DNA of 64,000 nt from NCBI GenBank assembly GCA_002269645.1, contig NIVC01001158.1, positions 1 to 64,000 on the forward strand, written 5' to 3'. Below, in pieces: positions 45,860 to 59,025 of the stretch (positions within the stretch are counted from its first letter, which is position 1; the number at the start of each line of letters is the position of its first letter). Below the pieces are notes generated by a model, which made no database searches, was not told the origin of the DNA, and saw only the letters and a list, made by a program, of their open reading frames with translations. Source of the stretch: Macrostomum lignano. Its lineage: Eukaryota. The translations under genes were made by a program, and so were the position numbers.

Positions 45860-46697
45860 AGTGGTGGTGGGTTAAGTTCTGATGAGGCAAAGGTTCTTCA
45901 CAAAGAATACCGAAAGCCTAAATTTTATAGAAAAATCATTAACTTCAAAAAGAATGAAATTTGATATGCTGATTTAATGTCAATGCCGAACGAAAGAGGA
46001 TATAAATATATCTTAACCATACTGGATAGTTATATCTGGATATATCTTACTCGAAATGCGTGGCTGTTCCTTTGAAATCCAAAAAAGGAGAGGAGATTGC
46101 CGCTGCTTTTAAAAATCTTAGAGAAAAAAGTGATAGGTTGTGTGTTGATGAAGGAAAAGAATTTTACAATCATCATATGTATAAATTGTATCATTTTGAA
46201 AAAGGAAAAGAAAGGAAAAAAGACGCGAATGGTGAGTATATTAATAAAATTTATTCTATTTATGGAGAAAGCAAAAACGCACTGATTGAAAGAGTTAATC
46301 GAACTTTAGGTAAGAAATTGTGGTTTCAGTTTAGTATTAATGGTAACCAAAAGTGGGTAAAAATATTACCAGACGTTGTGAAAGATTATAATAATTCATA
46401 TCATTCAGCTATAAAAATGACTCCTCAACAAGCTATAACACTCCTGAAAATGTTAAAGTCACTTTTGGAGAGTTTGAAAAAAAGAAAACTAAAGGTTTTA
46501 AAGTTGGTAATTCTGTTTATATTTATAAATGGAAAGATAAGTTTGAAAAGGGAAGAAAAGGATATTGGAAGATAAGTGAGAAATTTACCATCAGTAAAGT
46601 TTTAAATACAAATCCTACAACCTATATCATTGCTGATAAAGATGGTGAAGAAATATTGGGTTCCTTTTATGAGAACCAGATAATATCTGCGAACTAA
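45860..46697 (+). pseudogene. Polinton rve integrase (stops/frameshifts), initially in frame with the PLA2 C-terminus
   Basis: LHKEYRKPKFYRK, *YADLMSM...GYKYILTILDSY, AVPLKSKKGEEI, CVDEGKEFYN, KNALIERVNRTL, YNNSYHSAIKMTP, FKVG...FEKG...GSFYE. Confidence 0.9.
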
Positions 46698-47235
46698 GTT
46701 CGTACAATTACTTAAGGCAACAGGGTAGTAAATTTTTTATAACAAAGAAAAACAATATTATTACTAATATAATTATTGGCCGGCACGTTTCCGATATAGG
46801 AATAATCATGAAAAGCATGCGTATCATTGATACGATTTACCTTCATTTTTTTAAATATATTTTTCACAATAAATGTAGTTTCTGTTACTGAGTAATAATT
46901 CATTTTTACATAAAAATTTCAATTTCATTCTCCGAGTCACTAGTTTCATATGAACTATTTGTTGACTCGGAATCAGTTGAACGAACCTCCCAATCGTCTG
47001 AATTTAAATAATCTCCAAGTTGAAATATTAACTCACCCGCTCGTTCTAGATCATACAAACCATCCAAATCTAACGGATAAAGTTTTAGATCTTTTTTGTC
47101 ATCATATTTTAAATATACTTCATCAATTATTCCATTCAAAATATGCTGTTTTATAATCTCTGAATTTTTAGCAACAGTCTTAAAAGTATCACTAACTGAA
47201 AAGGTGTAAACTCGGTTCATTTTCGTAACAGAAAA

Positions 47236-47446
47236 AGACCCTTTGCGCCTGCGGCGCTGGCGACGGGTTAGAGAGTGTTTGTGTGTGTTTGGATGTAGTA
47301 GTATGTAAAAGTACGCTTCTAGATCAGATCCTATTGAAACAATGGATTTGAAGGGCTAGAGGGGGGACATGGGGGTTTGATTTCTGATGTGTGGATTTGA
47401 TTGGGTGTGTTAATAGTGTTTTTGATTAAATGGGGTTATTGGGGTA
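47236..47446 (-). repeat. Visible part of the right TIR of Polinton B
   Basis: Reverse complement of 28686-28896; runs into Ns. Confidence 0.85.
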
Positions 47447-48144
47447 NNNNNNNNNNNNNNNNNNNNNNNNNNNNNNNNNNNNNNNNNNNNNNNNNNNNNN
47501 NNNNNNNNNNNNNNNNNNNNNNNNNNNNNNNNNNNNNNNNNNNNNNNNNNNNNNNNNNNNNNNNNNNNNNNNNNNNNNNNNNNNNNNNNNNNNNNNNNNN
47601 NNNNNNNNNNNNNNNNNNNNNNNNNNNNNNNNNNNNNNNNNNNNNNNNNNNNNNNNNNNNNNNNNNNNNNNNNNNNNNNNNNNNNNNNNNNNNNNNNNNN
47701 NNNNNNNNNNNNNNNNNNNNNNNNNNNNNNNNNNNNNNNNNNNNNNNNNNNNNNNNNNNNNNNNNNNNNNNNNNNNNNNNNNNNNNNNNNNNNNNNNNNN
47801 NNNNNNNNNNNNNNNNNNNNNNNNNNNNNNNNNNNNNNNNNNNNNNNNNNNNNNNNNNNNNNNNNNNNNNNNNNNNNNNNNNNNNNNNNNNNNNNNNNNN
47901 NNNNNNNNNNNNNNNNNNNNNNNNNNNNNNNNNNNNNNNNNNNNNNNNNNNNNNNNNNNNNNNNNNNNNNNNNNNNNNNNNNNNNNNNNNNNNNNNNNNN
48001 NNNNNNNNNNNNNNNNNNNNNNNNNNNNNNNNNNNNNNNNNNNNNNNNNNNNNNNNNNNNNNNNNNNNNNNNNNNNNNNNNNNNNNNNNNNNNNNNNNNN
48101 NNNNNNNNNNNNNNNNNNNNNNNNNNNNNNNNNNNNNNNNNNNN
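47447..48144. other. Assembly gap (~700 N)
   Basis: Run of N. Confidence 1.
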
Positions 48145-48425
48145 CACCTGCACCTGAGGTGGCTGCACCTGCACCTGAGGTGGCTGCACCTGCACCTGAG
48201 GTGGCTGCACCTGCACCTGAGGTGGCTGCACCTGCACCTGAGGTGGCTGCACCTGCACCTGAGGTGGCTGCACCTGCACCTGAGGTGGCTGCACCTGCAC
48301 CTGAGGTGGCTGCACCTGCACCTGAGGTGGCTGCACCTGCACCTGAGGTGGCTGCACCTGCACCTGAGGTGGCTGCACCTGCACCTGAGGTGGCTGCACC
48401 TGCACCTGAGGTGGCTGCACCTGCG
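48145..48425. repeat. 21-bp coding tandem repeat (QVQPPQV on the minus strand)
   Basis: CACCTGCACCTGAGGTGGCTG, ~13 copies, abutting the gap. Confidence 0.95.
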
Positions 48426-51400
48426 GCTGTGACGCCTGCACTTGTGGTGGCGGTTGAGACTGCGCCACGCGCATCTGGTTTCCAGCATCTTCAGACACTA
48501 TTTGCTGGTGCATCGCTACCTGCATCTGCTGAGGCTGGGTGCGATTTCTGCTGCTGTTGCAGCTGCTTGATAGGGGATTCTAGCTTTGGGACAACTTGCT
48601 GATTCTGAGCAGGCAGCTGCTGTGACGGTTGCACATGCTGTTCCTGTAGACGAACCTGCTGTTGTTGAGGATGCATTTGTTGCTTCTGAGGACGAATCTG
48701 CTGTTGCTGCTGAGGCTGCATCTGCTGTTGCTGCTGAGGCTGCATCTGCTGTTGCTGAGGCTGCATCTGCTGTTGCTGCTGAGGCTGCATCTGCTGTTGC
48801 TGAGGACGAATCTGCTGTTGCTGCTGAGGCTGCATCTGCTGTTGCTGAGGCTGCATCTGCTGTTGCTGCTGAGGCTGCATCTGCTGTTGCTGAGGACGAA
48901 TCTGCTGTTGCTGCTGAGGCTGCATCTGCTGTTGCTGCTGAGGCTGCATCTGCTGTTGCTGAGGACAAATCTGCTGTTGCTGCTGAGGACGAATCTGCTG
49001 TTGCTGCTGAGGACGAATCTGCTGTTGCTGCTGAGGCTGCATCTGCTGTTGCTGAGGCTGCATCTGCTGTTGCTGCTGAGGACGAATCTGCTGTTGCTGC
49101 TGAGGACGAATCTGCTGTTGCTGAGGCTGCATCTGCTGTTGCTGAGGCTGCATCTGCTGTTGCTGCTGAGGACGAATCTGCTGTTGCTGCTGAGGCTGCA
49201 TCTGCTGCTGCTGAGGCTGCATCTGCTGTTGCTGCTGAGGACGAATCTGCTGTTGCTGCTGAGGACGAATCTGCTGTTGCTGCTGAGGACGAATCTGCTG
49301 TTGCTGAGGCTGCATCTGCTGTTGCCGCTGAGGACGAATCTGTTGTTGCTGCTGAGGCTGCATCTGCTGTTGCTGAGGCTGCATCTGCTGTTGCTGAGGC
49401 TGCATCTGCTGTTGCTGCTGAGGCTGCATCTGCTGTTGCTGAGGACGAATCTGCTGTTGCTGCTGAGGCTGCATCTGCTGTTGCTGAGGCTGCATCTGCT
49501 GTTGCTGAGGCTGCATCTGCTGTTGCTGCTGAGGCTGCATCTGCTGTTGCTGAGGACGAATCTGCTGTTGCTGCTGAGGCTGCATCTGCTGCTTCTGAGG
49601 CTGCTGCTGAGGCTGTTGCTGAGGCTGCTGCTGATGCTGTTGCTGAGGCTGCTGCTGAAGCTGTTGCTGATGCTGCGGAACCTGATTCTGCTGAGGTAGC
49701 CCGTGCTGCTGGGATTCCAACATTCCTGCGTAATGCCCTCCTCGCAGGTTGGCCTGCACGTTGGTGTACATCAGCTCCGCTTGCTCAACCTCGGGATCAC
49801 GGAACAGCCTCGCCTTCAGATCGGACTCTGTGAAATGAAGTCGCCAGTAGTTGAACGCCAGCTTCTGCGATTAAAATATAAAAAGATGAAACATTTTCGT
49901 ACCCCGTTCAACGCGCAGAATGTCGGTCACTGACGGCTTCGGTCTATTGATTTTGCTCTCCAGTTCCTCCGATCGTTCCACCTTGCGCAGCTCCAATAGT
50001 CGCTTGAAGTTGGACGCCTCTGTTAATAGGAAAACGAGGTTCTTTGCACTTTTTTGCAATTTGAGAGACGAACAAACACAGCTTTTCAGACGTATGATCA
50101 TGACAAGCACATCTGCTTTTATGCAAGGGCTAAAACTTCTATGAATATCTTGCCAAAGTAAACCTGGGTCGGATTCCGTTAGAGCTTGTCATGCCATTCA
50201 CGGCCACCGGAGGGCCATAACCCCAAGTGGTAATGTCAGGGCCGCTATGCACCCATGATGTGAGACAAACTAACTCACTCAGTAGACACTCATTTTCATG
50301 CATTTCAGGACAGAGACTGAACAATATGATCCGAGCAACATCTCCCTGCAAGGCTGCTCACCCGGTTCCACGTGCTTCAGCTCAGGCCTAAAGTCTTCAA
50401 CGGGCATGACTGTCAGAGTGGCTTCGGCGAAGATCTGGCCGAGAGGGTTGCGAGCGAGCACGCGCAACCGAGTGTCGCCGATGTCCTTGCAGCGCAGGAT
50501 CTCAAAGTAGTTGATCGAGCCATCGTGGTACACCTTGCAGTTCGAAGTCTGGAAGTTATTAAAATATTCGTTTCCGAGTGAATGTGAAGAACAAACGAAA
50601 AATGGTAAAATCTGGTAGATTTATGCGCTTGAAAAGCAGCAACATAAGCAGTGCACAGTCACTTCAATTAAACAATAAGTTTTGCACCTGTTCTTACAGT
50701 AATTCTATACATTTTACATTTACAACATTGAGTACTATAAACGAAATTCAATTTGGGTAAGCAACTCTAACACTGAAGCACACGACTATTTGGGCGTTCT
50801 ACAATTCATATCTGTGATAATAGTGCGAAAATACAATAAAGTCACCACTTAGCAAAGCGCTTTTCGCAGCTGATGGGGCAGGATGCATAATTAACAACAA
50901 AATTTGTCTAAATTTTCTTCCGTCGAACGCCTCTATTGAAGCTGAAGCTAGATTTTTTACAAAGCCGTGCGCTCCTTTTGCCGCTGCGACGCAAAAAAAT
51001 CAATAGTTTATACTGACTACTAGCAGTAGATTACTCGAATGTGCACACTAATGCAATATAAGCAGCCTTACATCGCTTGTGTCAATGTTATTGCTGACAC
51101 TTTCAGTTTCATTAACCTCGTCCGAGTCCTGTTAGGAAAAGTGGAGCTTGACAAGTTGGAAATGTATTGTGTAAGTTTATATAAAAAAAATTGTTATTCA
51201 CACGAGGTAAAATTTAAAAGCAAAGGGAAACAGAAAAGTAATTAACACGACTGTGCAATCAAATTGAGCTGATGGACTTCATCAACGGCACAACCGAGTT
51301 CAGTGACATCAAAATTGTGACAGTTTCTATCACGTCAAGACAATTGCATTGAAATCGAGACAGTTGCATAAAAATCAAGACAGTTGCACCAATGTCAAGA

Positions 51401-54400
51401 CAGTTGCACGAACGTCAAGACAGTTGCACCAATGTCAAGACAGTTGCACGAACGTCAAGACAGTTGCACCAATGTCAAGACAGTTACACCAATGTCAAGA
51501 CAGTTGCACCAATATCAAGACAGTTGCACCAATGTCACGACAGTTGCACGAACGTCATGACAGTTGCACCATCAACGACACGACAGTTGCACCAACATCA
51601 AGCCAGTTGCATTAAAATGAAGACAGTTGCGCCAAAATCAAGACAGTTGCACCAACGTCAAGACAGCTGCACCAACATCAAGAAATTTGCACCGACATCA
51701 AGACCGCCACAACTTTAATCGAGCTATAAGTAACCACTTTCATCCAATAAAATTGTGACTGCGACCGTAGCTTAGAGACAGACACGGTGCCACGTGTTGG
51801 ACACCTTTGCAGTCAAGACACAAGACATAAGACACAAGATAAATCGTCATCTTTACGAAACTAATGGTACATAGTGAAAGATACAGCGGTTGCCATATTG
51901 TTTCAGATTCATCAAAGGTAAATAAGGCTGGTGATGCAGGTTAGGGTTATGGTACGGATTGTTGTTTGGTATTTCATAACGCGAACGATCATGTACATCA
52001 TAGGTTTGTATTACGAGCAAAAATACATATGTAGTTTCAACTAGAAGAGCAAGACAGAAGTATCTTGTTGTGTCTCAAGCGATGAGTATAATGACAAGTA
52101 GCTATAGTATCATCTATTCAACGGTATGATAAAATCCAAGGGCTTACGGAAGCAATCATCTGCTCGTTAAGATACCAGGCCACTCGAGGCCTTGGCAAAC
52201 CGCTGAGCTTCACCAGAAACTTTGCCGGATAGCCTTCGCATACGGTTACGGACTCCGGCATGATGTCGAAGTGAGGCTGAGACTGCGGCTCAACAAATTC
52301 GCGGAATTGAAACTCCTCGGGTCCGATCGGAGCCCTGGAGGTTGCGGGTGTTTCATTTAAAGTGAATTTCGAGCGCGTTTGTACAGAATTTACAGATCTT
52401 TACGAGGGGAGAAAGTCTATGCCACAGAAGAACTTTTACAATCTGAATGATTCCTACGTATTTAGACGCCAACCGAAGGACGTCCAGCAAATTTTTGGAC
52501 TGTAAATTAGCCGCCCAGAAACTGTAACTCACTCTCTCCACTGTCGCTCAAGATCCTCTAGCCGTTGAAAGCCCTGTGCACCTCCGGGTAACTGCGTTCG
52601 CGTCACCACCGACTCGCTCGCGTGGCACAGTACGGCGACTCGGTTGCTTTCAACTGCGCCAGACCGATTGCGCACCACCGCCCAGTACTGGCCGGAGTCT
52701 TCGGCATAGCAGTGCCCGATCTGCAACCAGGCAAGACCCCTCTCGCAGTCGGTGTGCACCCGCGAGCCCAGCGTCACCGCTTGGCCGTCCTTCAACCAGT
52801 CGACGCTCAGGTTGCCGTCTCTGGCCGGCTCAATCTGCAGTTTTGTGAGTTTTAATTTTACCAATCTGTTTTTAGTAAAGAAAGTGAGTAAAATTTCTGT
52901 GTTTCTACTCGCGACGGTAGTCTAAGACCACGTGATAAGATGCTAAAATAAAACTATCATTAGAAGAGATTCTACCATGGCTAAACGATAACCGAACGCT
53001 ATACGCTCATTTTTCAACGCTTTGAAATCGTTATTCAAGGCTACTAAAGATACGAACACATTAATGAGCCAATGTCTGCCTCCAAAACCACAGACAAAAT
53101 CTATCATTATACCATAGACGATACCATAGAACCATACCATACCATAGAACACAAAAACACCAACGATACGACAGCTACTCGTAGGCATGCGTTCCTTACC
53201 GAATTCCAGCTCATTTCTAAGAAAATCGTCCTTTTTTGACACTGTCGCAAATCAAGGCGCGGAGGCAAGCAGTTTAGCCAATTACACTGACACCTGAGCA
53301 TTCTCACAGGTTGTATAGTGGGCCTAAACTTCTTATCATCAGGCATGTGTACACTGTGCCTCTGTGGTCGGCCCCCATGTGGTATTACTGTAAATGCGTA
53401 AGTCAGATGAAAAGCACGTCACCGCGCTCCAAATCGACCCCGGGAATTTCGCACGATGCGTCACCGCTGCCAAAAAGTGTCAACGTCCCTTACTTAAGTA
53501 GTTGAATCCTCACCTGCAGCTGCAGACCCAATCGTTCGCCCTCCTTGAGCTCCGGCGGCTGCACCAGACCCCTGACAATGACTGGCGGCGGTTGCTGCTG
53601 AGCATCAGCGCCAGGCATCGCGGCTCGTCCAGTCGCCATCTCCTCCTCCAGCTGCATCAGACTGCGGATGCTGTGCTCCGCGTTGCCCGGCAACTGCGAT
53701 GACGTCACCACGCCGGTGCCGCCGGGTTGGCAGACAAGTTGAGCAGCAGTGCTCTGTGCCTGGCCGTGCTCGCTCTCCAGCACGGCGCAGTACGTGCCGC
53801 TGTCCTCCGAGTTCACGTAGGCAAATTTTAGCCAAGCTAGCCCGAGTTCGAATCCTGCCGTGATTCGGGAGCCGAATTGGACCAGGACGCCGTCGCAAAA
53901 CCAGTGCGCCTGCACCCGGTTACCGTTGCCGGGGTCGGCCCGGGCTGAGAACGCAGCAGGGGCCGCCGCCTCCGGCACCTGCAGCTGCGCTGGGCTTAGC
54001 GGGGCCAGGAAGCGTGGCGGGTCGGCGCGGCGAAGATCGGCGTCCATCCTGCGGGTGCGTGTTGCCAATCGGGTGCACAAAATGTTATCTTTCACTCACC
54101 ATCAGCAATTTTTTACTCATTATCTCTAGTATAGCTCATCGCTACACCCACCGATTGCTAATCGCTTCACCCACCGATTGCTCATCGCTTCACCCACCGA
54201 TTGCTCATCGCTACACCCACCGATTGCTCATCGCTGCACCCACCGATTGCTAATCGCTTCACCCACCGATTGCTAATCGCTTCACCCACCGATTGCTAAT
54301 CGCTTCACCCACCGATTGCTCATCGCTACACCCACCGATTGCTCATCGCTTCACCCACCGATTGCTCATCGCTTCACCCACCGATTGCTCATCGCTTCAC

Positions 54401-56790
54401 CCACCGATTGCTCATCGCTTCACCCACCGATTGCTCATCGCTTCATCCACCGATTGCTCATCGCTTCACCCACCGATTGTTTATCGCTTCATCCACCGAT
54501 TGCTCATCGCTTCACCCACCGATCGCTCGTCGCTTCACCCACCGATTGCTCATCGCTTCATCCACCGATTGCTCATCGCTACACCCACCGATTGCTCATC
54601 GCTACACCCACCGATTGCTCATCGCTTCATCCACCGATTGCTCATCGCTACACCCACCGATTGCTCATCGCTTCACCCACCGATTGCTCATTGCTACACC
54701 CACCGATTGCTCATCGCTACACCCACCGATTGCTCATCGCTTCACCCACCTATTGCTCATCGCTACACCCACCGATCGCTCATCGCTACACCCACCGATC
54801 GCTCATCGCTACACCCACCGATCGCTCATCGCTACACCCACCGTTCATTCCCCAACCAGGGCACTCACGGTCTGAACTCTTCCCCGTACTCCTCCAGTCG
54901 TTGAATGTTCATCACCGAGCTCGCTGGCAGAGCAGATGCGGTCACCACCCCAGCAGAGCCAGAGCAGCTGTGAATGATTGTTTTTTTGAACGATTTGACT
55001 CAAGTATTCGATGTTACTGCCACTAACTCGACTCCACTCATGACTCACCTCAGCTGAGCCGTGTTGCTCTGAGCCGAGCCGTGTTTATTCGTTGCCAAGC
55101 AACAATAGAGGCCACTGTCCTCCGGGTAGCAATAGATCATCTCCAGTGCCGTGTAGCCTCTATCGTACACTGCCCGAATTCTCGAGCCTAAAGTTACCGG
55201 GACTCCATTCTTATACCATTCCACCTGGATGTTTGAGTCCGCCGCCGGCGTCACTCGGGTCTCGAATCGTACGCTGGAGTTCTCTGCGACCACCGCGCTA
55301 TCAATCTGGCGGACAAACTGAGGCGCCGATTGCGGGATTCGATCGTCATAGTCCTGGCGGGTGCTGCGGGCGCTCAGACGCTCGTCCAGACGGTCGATGT
55401 TGGCCACCATGGACTGCTCGGGCAACTGGGTGTCCGTCACAACGCCCTCCTCGGCTACGACCCTGGCAGTTTCGGTAAATTTGAGCATATTTTGAATTTC
55501 TCAGGCGTTGTGAAATCAGGGGTTTTCAGCTTGTGGATATTGGGGCCCAGGTTGTGAAAGTCAGACCTCGGCCTGGAACTCACGTCAGCGACATCGGGTT
55601 GCTCTGGTCCATACCGAAGCTGCTGCGCACCACGCAAGAGTACTCGCCGCTGTCCTCCGGGTAGGTGTGCAGGATGTCCAACGAAACGTAGCCACGTTCG
55701 AATGTCGTGTTCAATCGCGAGCCTGGGGGAGGGTCGAAGACAGACCGCCGGGTGCTTGACGGGCTGCTTACACAATATTTAACACAACATGCGTAGGTAA
55801 TGCAAGTTTTTTAAAGTCTGTCGAATATCCAATTCGAAAGTAAATCAGATGACATCAGATATGGTATTCTCTGACCACGGTCGGGTTAAGACACAAGTTC
55901 AGCAGTCATTGTCAGTCATTGTATCTTTTGTTTACTTGTCAGATGGTCTCTTCTAAATTCTATTTTGCATCTTATAAAATAAAAAACTCCGGTCTCTCCA
56001 TCCGGCCCTCAGGACGGTTGAAACATCACAATAGCAATCCTGCCATGCAGCTAAGGGTTTGTGTCTCTTCTCAGCTCCTTTCTCTCATCTCTCCTCTTTT
56101 CTCTCATCTCTCTTCCTCTATTCCCTCCTCTTTCCACTCTTATCTGGCCTAGAGCCATTCTGTGCACTATTGAGAAAATTTTGCAAAATAAAAAAGGACA
56201 GGCATCGGCTCACCAGCATTGAGTGGCAGGCCGTCCTTGCACCACTCAGCCTGCATCGAGCTGTCATTCAACGGAGCCACTCGACAGTCGATTCTAACTG
56301 CGGCGCCTTCGCTTACGCTGGCAGACGGCCGCGGCTGGCGCACAAACCTGGGTGCCTCGCCAACTGCACCTTGGCGATGCTGCTGCTGCTGCTGCTGCTG
56401 CTTCTCGTTGAAAGTAGCCGACCGACTGAGCTCGCCATTTATGTCGAATCCAGTTGGGGCCGGACTCAGCTGTTGCTGGTACTGCTGCGGCTGTTGCTGG
56501 TACTGCTGCGGCTGTTGCTGGTACTGCTGCGGCTGTTGCTGGTACTGCTGCGGCTGTTGCTGGTACTGCTGCGGCTGTTGCTGGTACTGCTGCGGCTGTT
56601 GCTGGTACTGCTGCAGCTGTTGCTGGTACTGCTGCGGCTGTTGCTGGTACTGCTGCGGCTGTTGCTGGTACTGCTGCGGCTGTTGCTGGTACTGCTGCGG
56701 CTGTTGCTGGTACTGCGGTGACTCCATGCTTGAATTGATGAAGCGCAACACCAATTTCCGGCGCAACTGTTGCTTCACGCGGATTCTGTT
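48145..56790 (-). CDS. Kettin/sallimus(titin)-like giant Ig-repeat muscle protein, multi-exon, partial
   Basis: I-set Ig exons (VEWYKNGVPVTLGSRIRAVYDRGYTALEMIYCYPEDSGLYCC; WLKDGQAVTLGSRV; WFCDGVLVQFGSRI) joined by kettin-type linkers (VVTDTQLP, VVTSSQLP, VVTRTQLP...LE). GT-AG boundaries visible; Q-rich exons at 56215-56785 and 48145-49828. Confidence 0.88.
51345..51690. repeat. Intronic 20-bp minisatellite
   Basis: CAAGACAGTTGCACCAATGT and variants. Confidence 0.9.
54135..54845. repeat. Intronic 23-bp minisatellite
   Basis: CACCCACCGATTGCTCATCGCT(T/A), ~30 copies. Confidence 0.95.
56460..56716. repeat. 21-bp coding repeat (QQPQQYQ)
   Basis: GCTGTTGCTGGTACTGCTGCG, ~12 copies. Confidence 0.95.
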
Positions 56791-57829
56791 TTAGACCAGC
56801 TTGTCTACAGGTATACCCCGGGCAACACCCCTCCCTCAATCAGTTTCTGCCTTTCCTTTACAAAGTCTACCTGAACTGCACAGACAGCCACGGCAGCCAC
56901 ATCCAGCGCCAAGGCACCATCAGCTTGATGTCATCGATCCTCGAAGCTCTGGACGCAGACTGGTGGGGGTTGGTTGGTGTTCGTTGCTTCCCTCTTCCCC
57001 CGCTGCTGGCTTTCCCTGCCCCATCCCTCAGAGCGAAGAACAGAGCCGGATTTCACTATAGACAGGACGCAACCAAACGCGGTTAGCGAAAGGTCGATCT
57101 ATTGCCTGATCCTGCATGGCTGTTCTCCCTGTCCAGGCTAAAGTTCAGCGCCCGCGGAACACACGCGCAGCACACGACCCCACGTACACCACCCCCAACC
57201 CGCCGACCGCCGATATCCCATTCAAACCTCTGGGATGGTCAGAACGGAAAGGCCAAGCGTAACTCCGCCTAAAAGCAGAGATGTTGCAGATCCTTACGCG
57301 CAGCTCCAGCTCGCATTTGAACTTTGCATTCTTTTATTCTTGAACCGATGGCTTTTCTTGTCTATCAGGTGCTGCTTTGCCTCTTGGGGACATCGTAAGG
57401 TTTTGTATGGCAAAAGTTCTCTGAAAAAATGATATTTTCGACTAGAAGGGCGAAAAGTTTCAACACCTTGTCCATAGAAATTTGAGTTTTGACCATGCAT
57501 AATATAATACGCTCGTACTTGTACTAATATAATATATAATAGATTACACCTATTGTTGGGCAGACGTGCAACCGACAGCTCAGCCGCAGCTATTGCGCGG
57601 CGCATCTGAAGACTGCAATAAGGGATGCAGAATCAAGTGCATTGGAGCCCCCTACAGACTAAGAAGGTTAGTTAACAATATCCTACCTCTATAGCTCTAG
57701 CACTCCGAGATGTGATTCACAATGTGGAATCTATGATTCACGATGTGGGATCTGTTGTTCACAACGTAGAATCTTTCTTTCACAACGTGGCAGTTGTGAT
57801 TCCCGATGTAGCATTTGTGATTAACTGTT

Positions 57830-59025
57830 TAGTATCTGTGATTCACACTGTAGTATCTGTGACTCACACGGTAGTATCTGTGATTCCCACTGTAGTATAT
57901 GTGATGCAAACTGTAGCATGTGTGATTCCCACCGTAGTATATGTGATTCCCACTGTAGAATGTTATTCCCACTGTAGTATCTGTGATTCACATTGTAGTA
58001 TCTGTGATTCCCACTGTACTATCTGTGATTCCCACTGTAGTATCTGTGATTCCCATTGTAGTATCTGTGATTCACACTGCAGTATCTGTGATTCCCATTG
58101 TAGTATCTGTGATTCACACTGCAGTATCTGTGATTCCCATTGTAGTATCTGTGATTCCCACTGCAGTATCTGTGATTCCCACTGCAGTATCTGTGATTCC
58201 CACTGCAGTATCTGTGATTCCCACTGCAGTATCTGTGATTCCCACTGCAGTATCTGTGATTCCCACTGCAGTATCTGTGATTCACATTGTAGTATCTGTG
58301 ATTCCCACTGTACTATCTGTGATTCCCACTGTAGTATCTGTGATTCCCATTGTAGTATCTGTGATTCACACTGCAGTATCTGTGATTCCCATTGTAGTAT
58401 CTGTGATTCCCACTGCAGTATCTGTGATTCCCACTGCAGTATCTGTGATTCCCACTGTAGTATCTGTGATTCCCACTGCAGTATCTGTGATTCCCACTGC
58501 AGTATCTGTGATTCACATTGTAGTATCTGTGATTCCCACTGTAGTATCTGTGATTCACACTTTAGTATCTGTGATTCACACTGTAGTATCTGTGATTCAC
58601 ACTGTAGTAACTGTGATTCACACTTTAGTATCTGTGATTCACACTTTAGTATCTGTGATTCACACTTTAGTATCTGTGATTCACACTGTAGTATCTGTGA
58701 TTCACACTGTAGTATCTGTGATTCACACTTTAGTATCTGTGATTCACACTTTAGTATCTGTGATTCACACTGTAGTAACTGTGATTCACACTTTAGTATC
58801 TGTGATTCGCACTGTAGTATCTGTGATTCACACTTTAGTATCTGTGATTCACACTGTAGTATCTGTGATTCACACTGTAGTAACTGTGATTCACACTGTA
58901 GTATCTGTGATTCACACTTTAGTATCTGTGATTCACACTTTAGTATCTGTGATTCACACTGTAGTATCTGTGATTCACACTGTAGTATCTGTGATTCACA
59001 CTGTAGTATCTGTGATTCACACTTT
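57830..59025. repeat. 21-bp minisatellite
   Basis: GTAGTATCTGTGATTC(A/C)CACT, ~55 copies, with variants arranged in blocks. Confidence 0.95.

Larger units (their letters stand above)
28541..47446. mobile_element. Polinton/Maverick B: AT-rich, degenerate and internally deleted, host to element A2; right end lost in the gap
   Basis: Begins AGTAGT; 28686-28896 is the reverse complement of 47236-47446. Contains pPolB, MCP, PLA2, integrase, HNH and RING remnants. Confidence 0.8.

Noticed and set aside
45860-45920. Hammerhead ribozyme at CTGATGAG (and other CTGATGA sites)
   Set aside because: No convincing stems I-III with a GAAA core by eye; lies in coding sequence.
47401-48602. ORFs of 340-390 aa
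   Set aside because: They span the N gap and are artefacts.
48586-49833. Plus-strand AEAASAV / LLLLR repeat ORFs
   Set aside because: Antisense shadows of the polyQ exon; splice signals and flanking exons support the minus strand.
54293-55026. Long plus-strand ORFs
   Set aside because: Produced by an intronic 23-bp minisatellite, antisense to the kettin-like gene.
56940-57240. GC-rich segment as a structured RNA or retroelement UTR
   Set aside because: No recognisable motif or second copy in the window; unsupported without a search.
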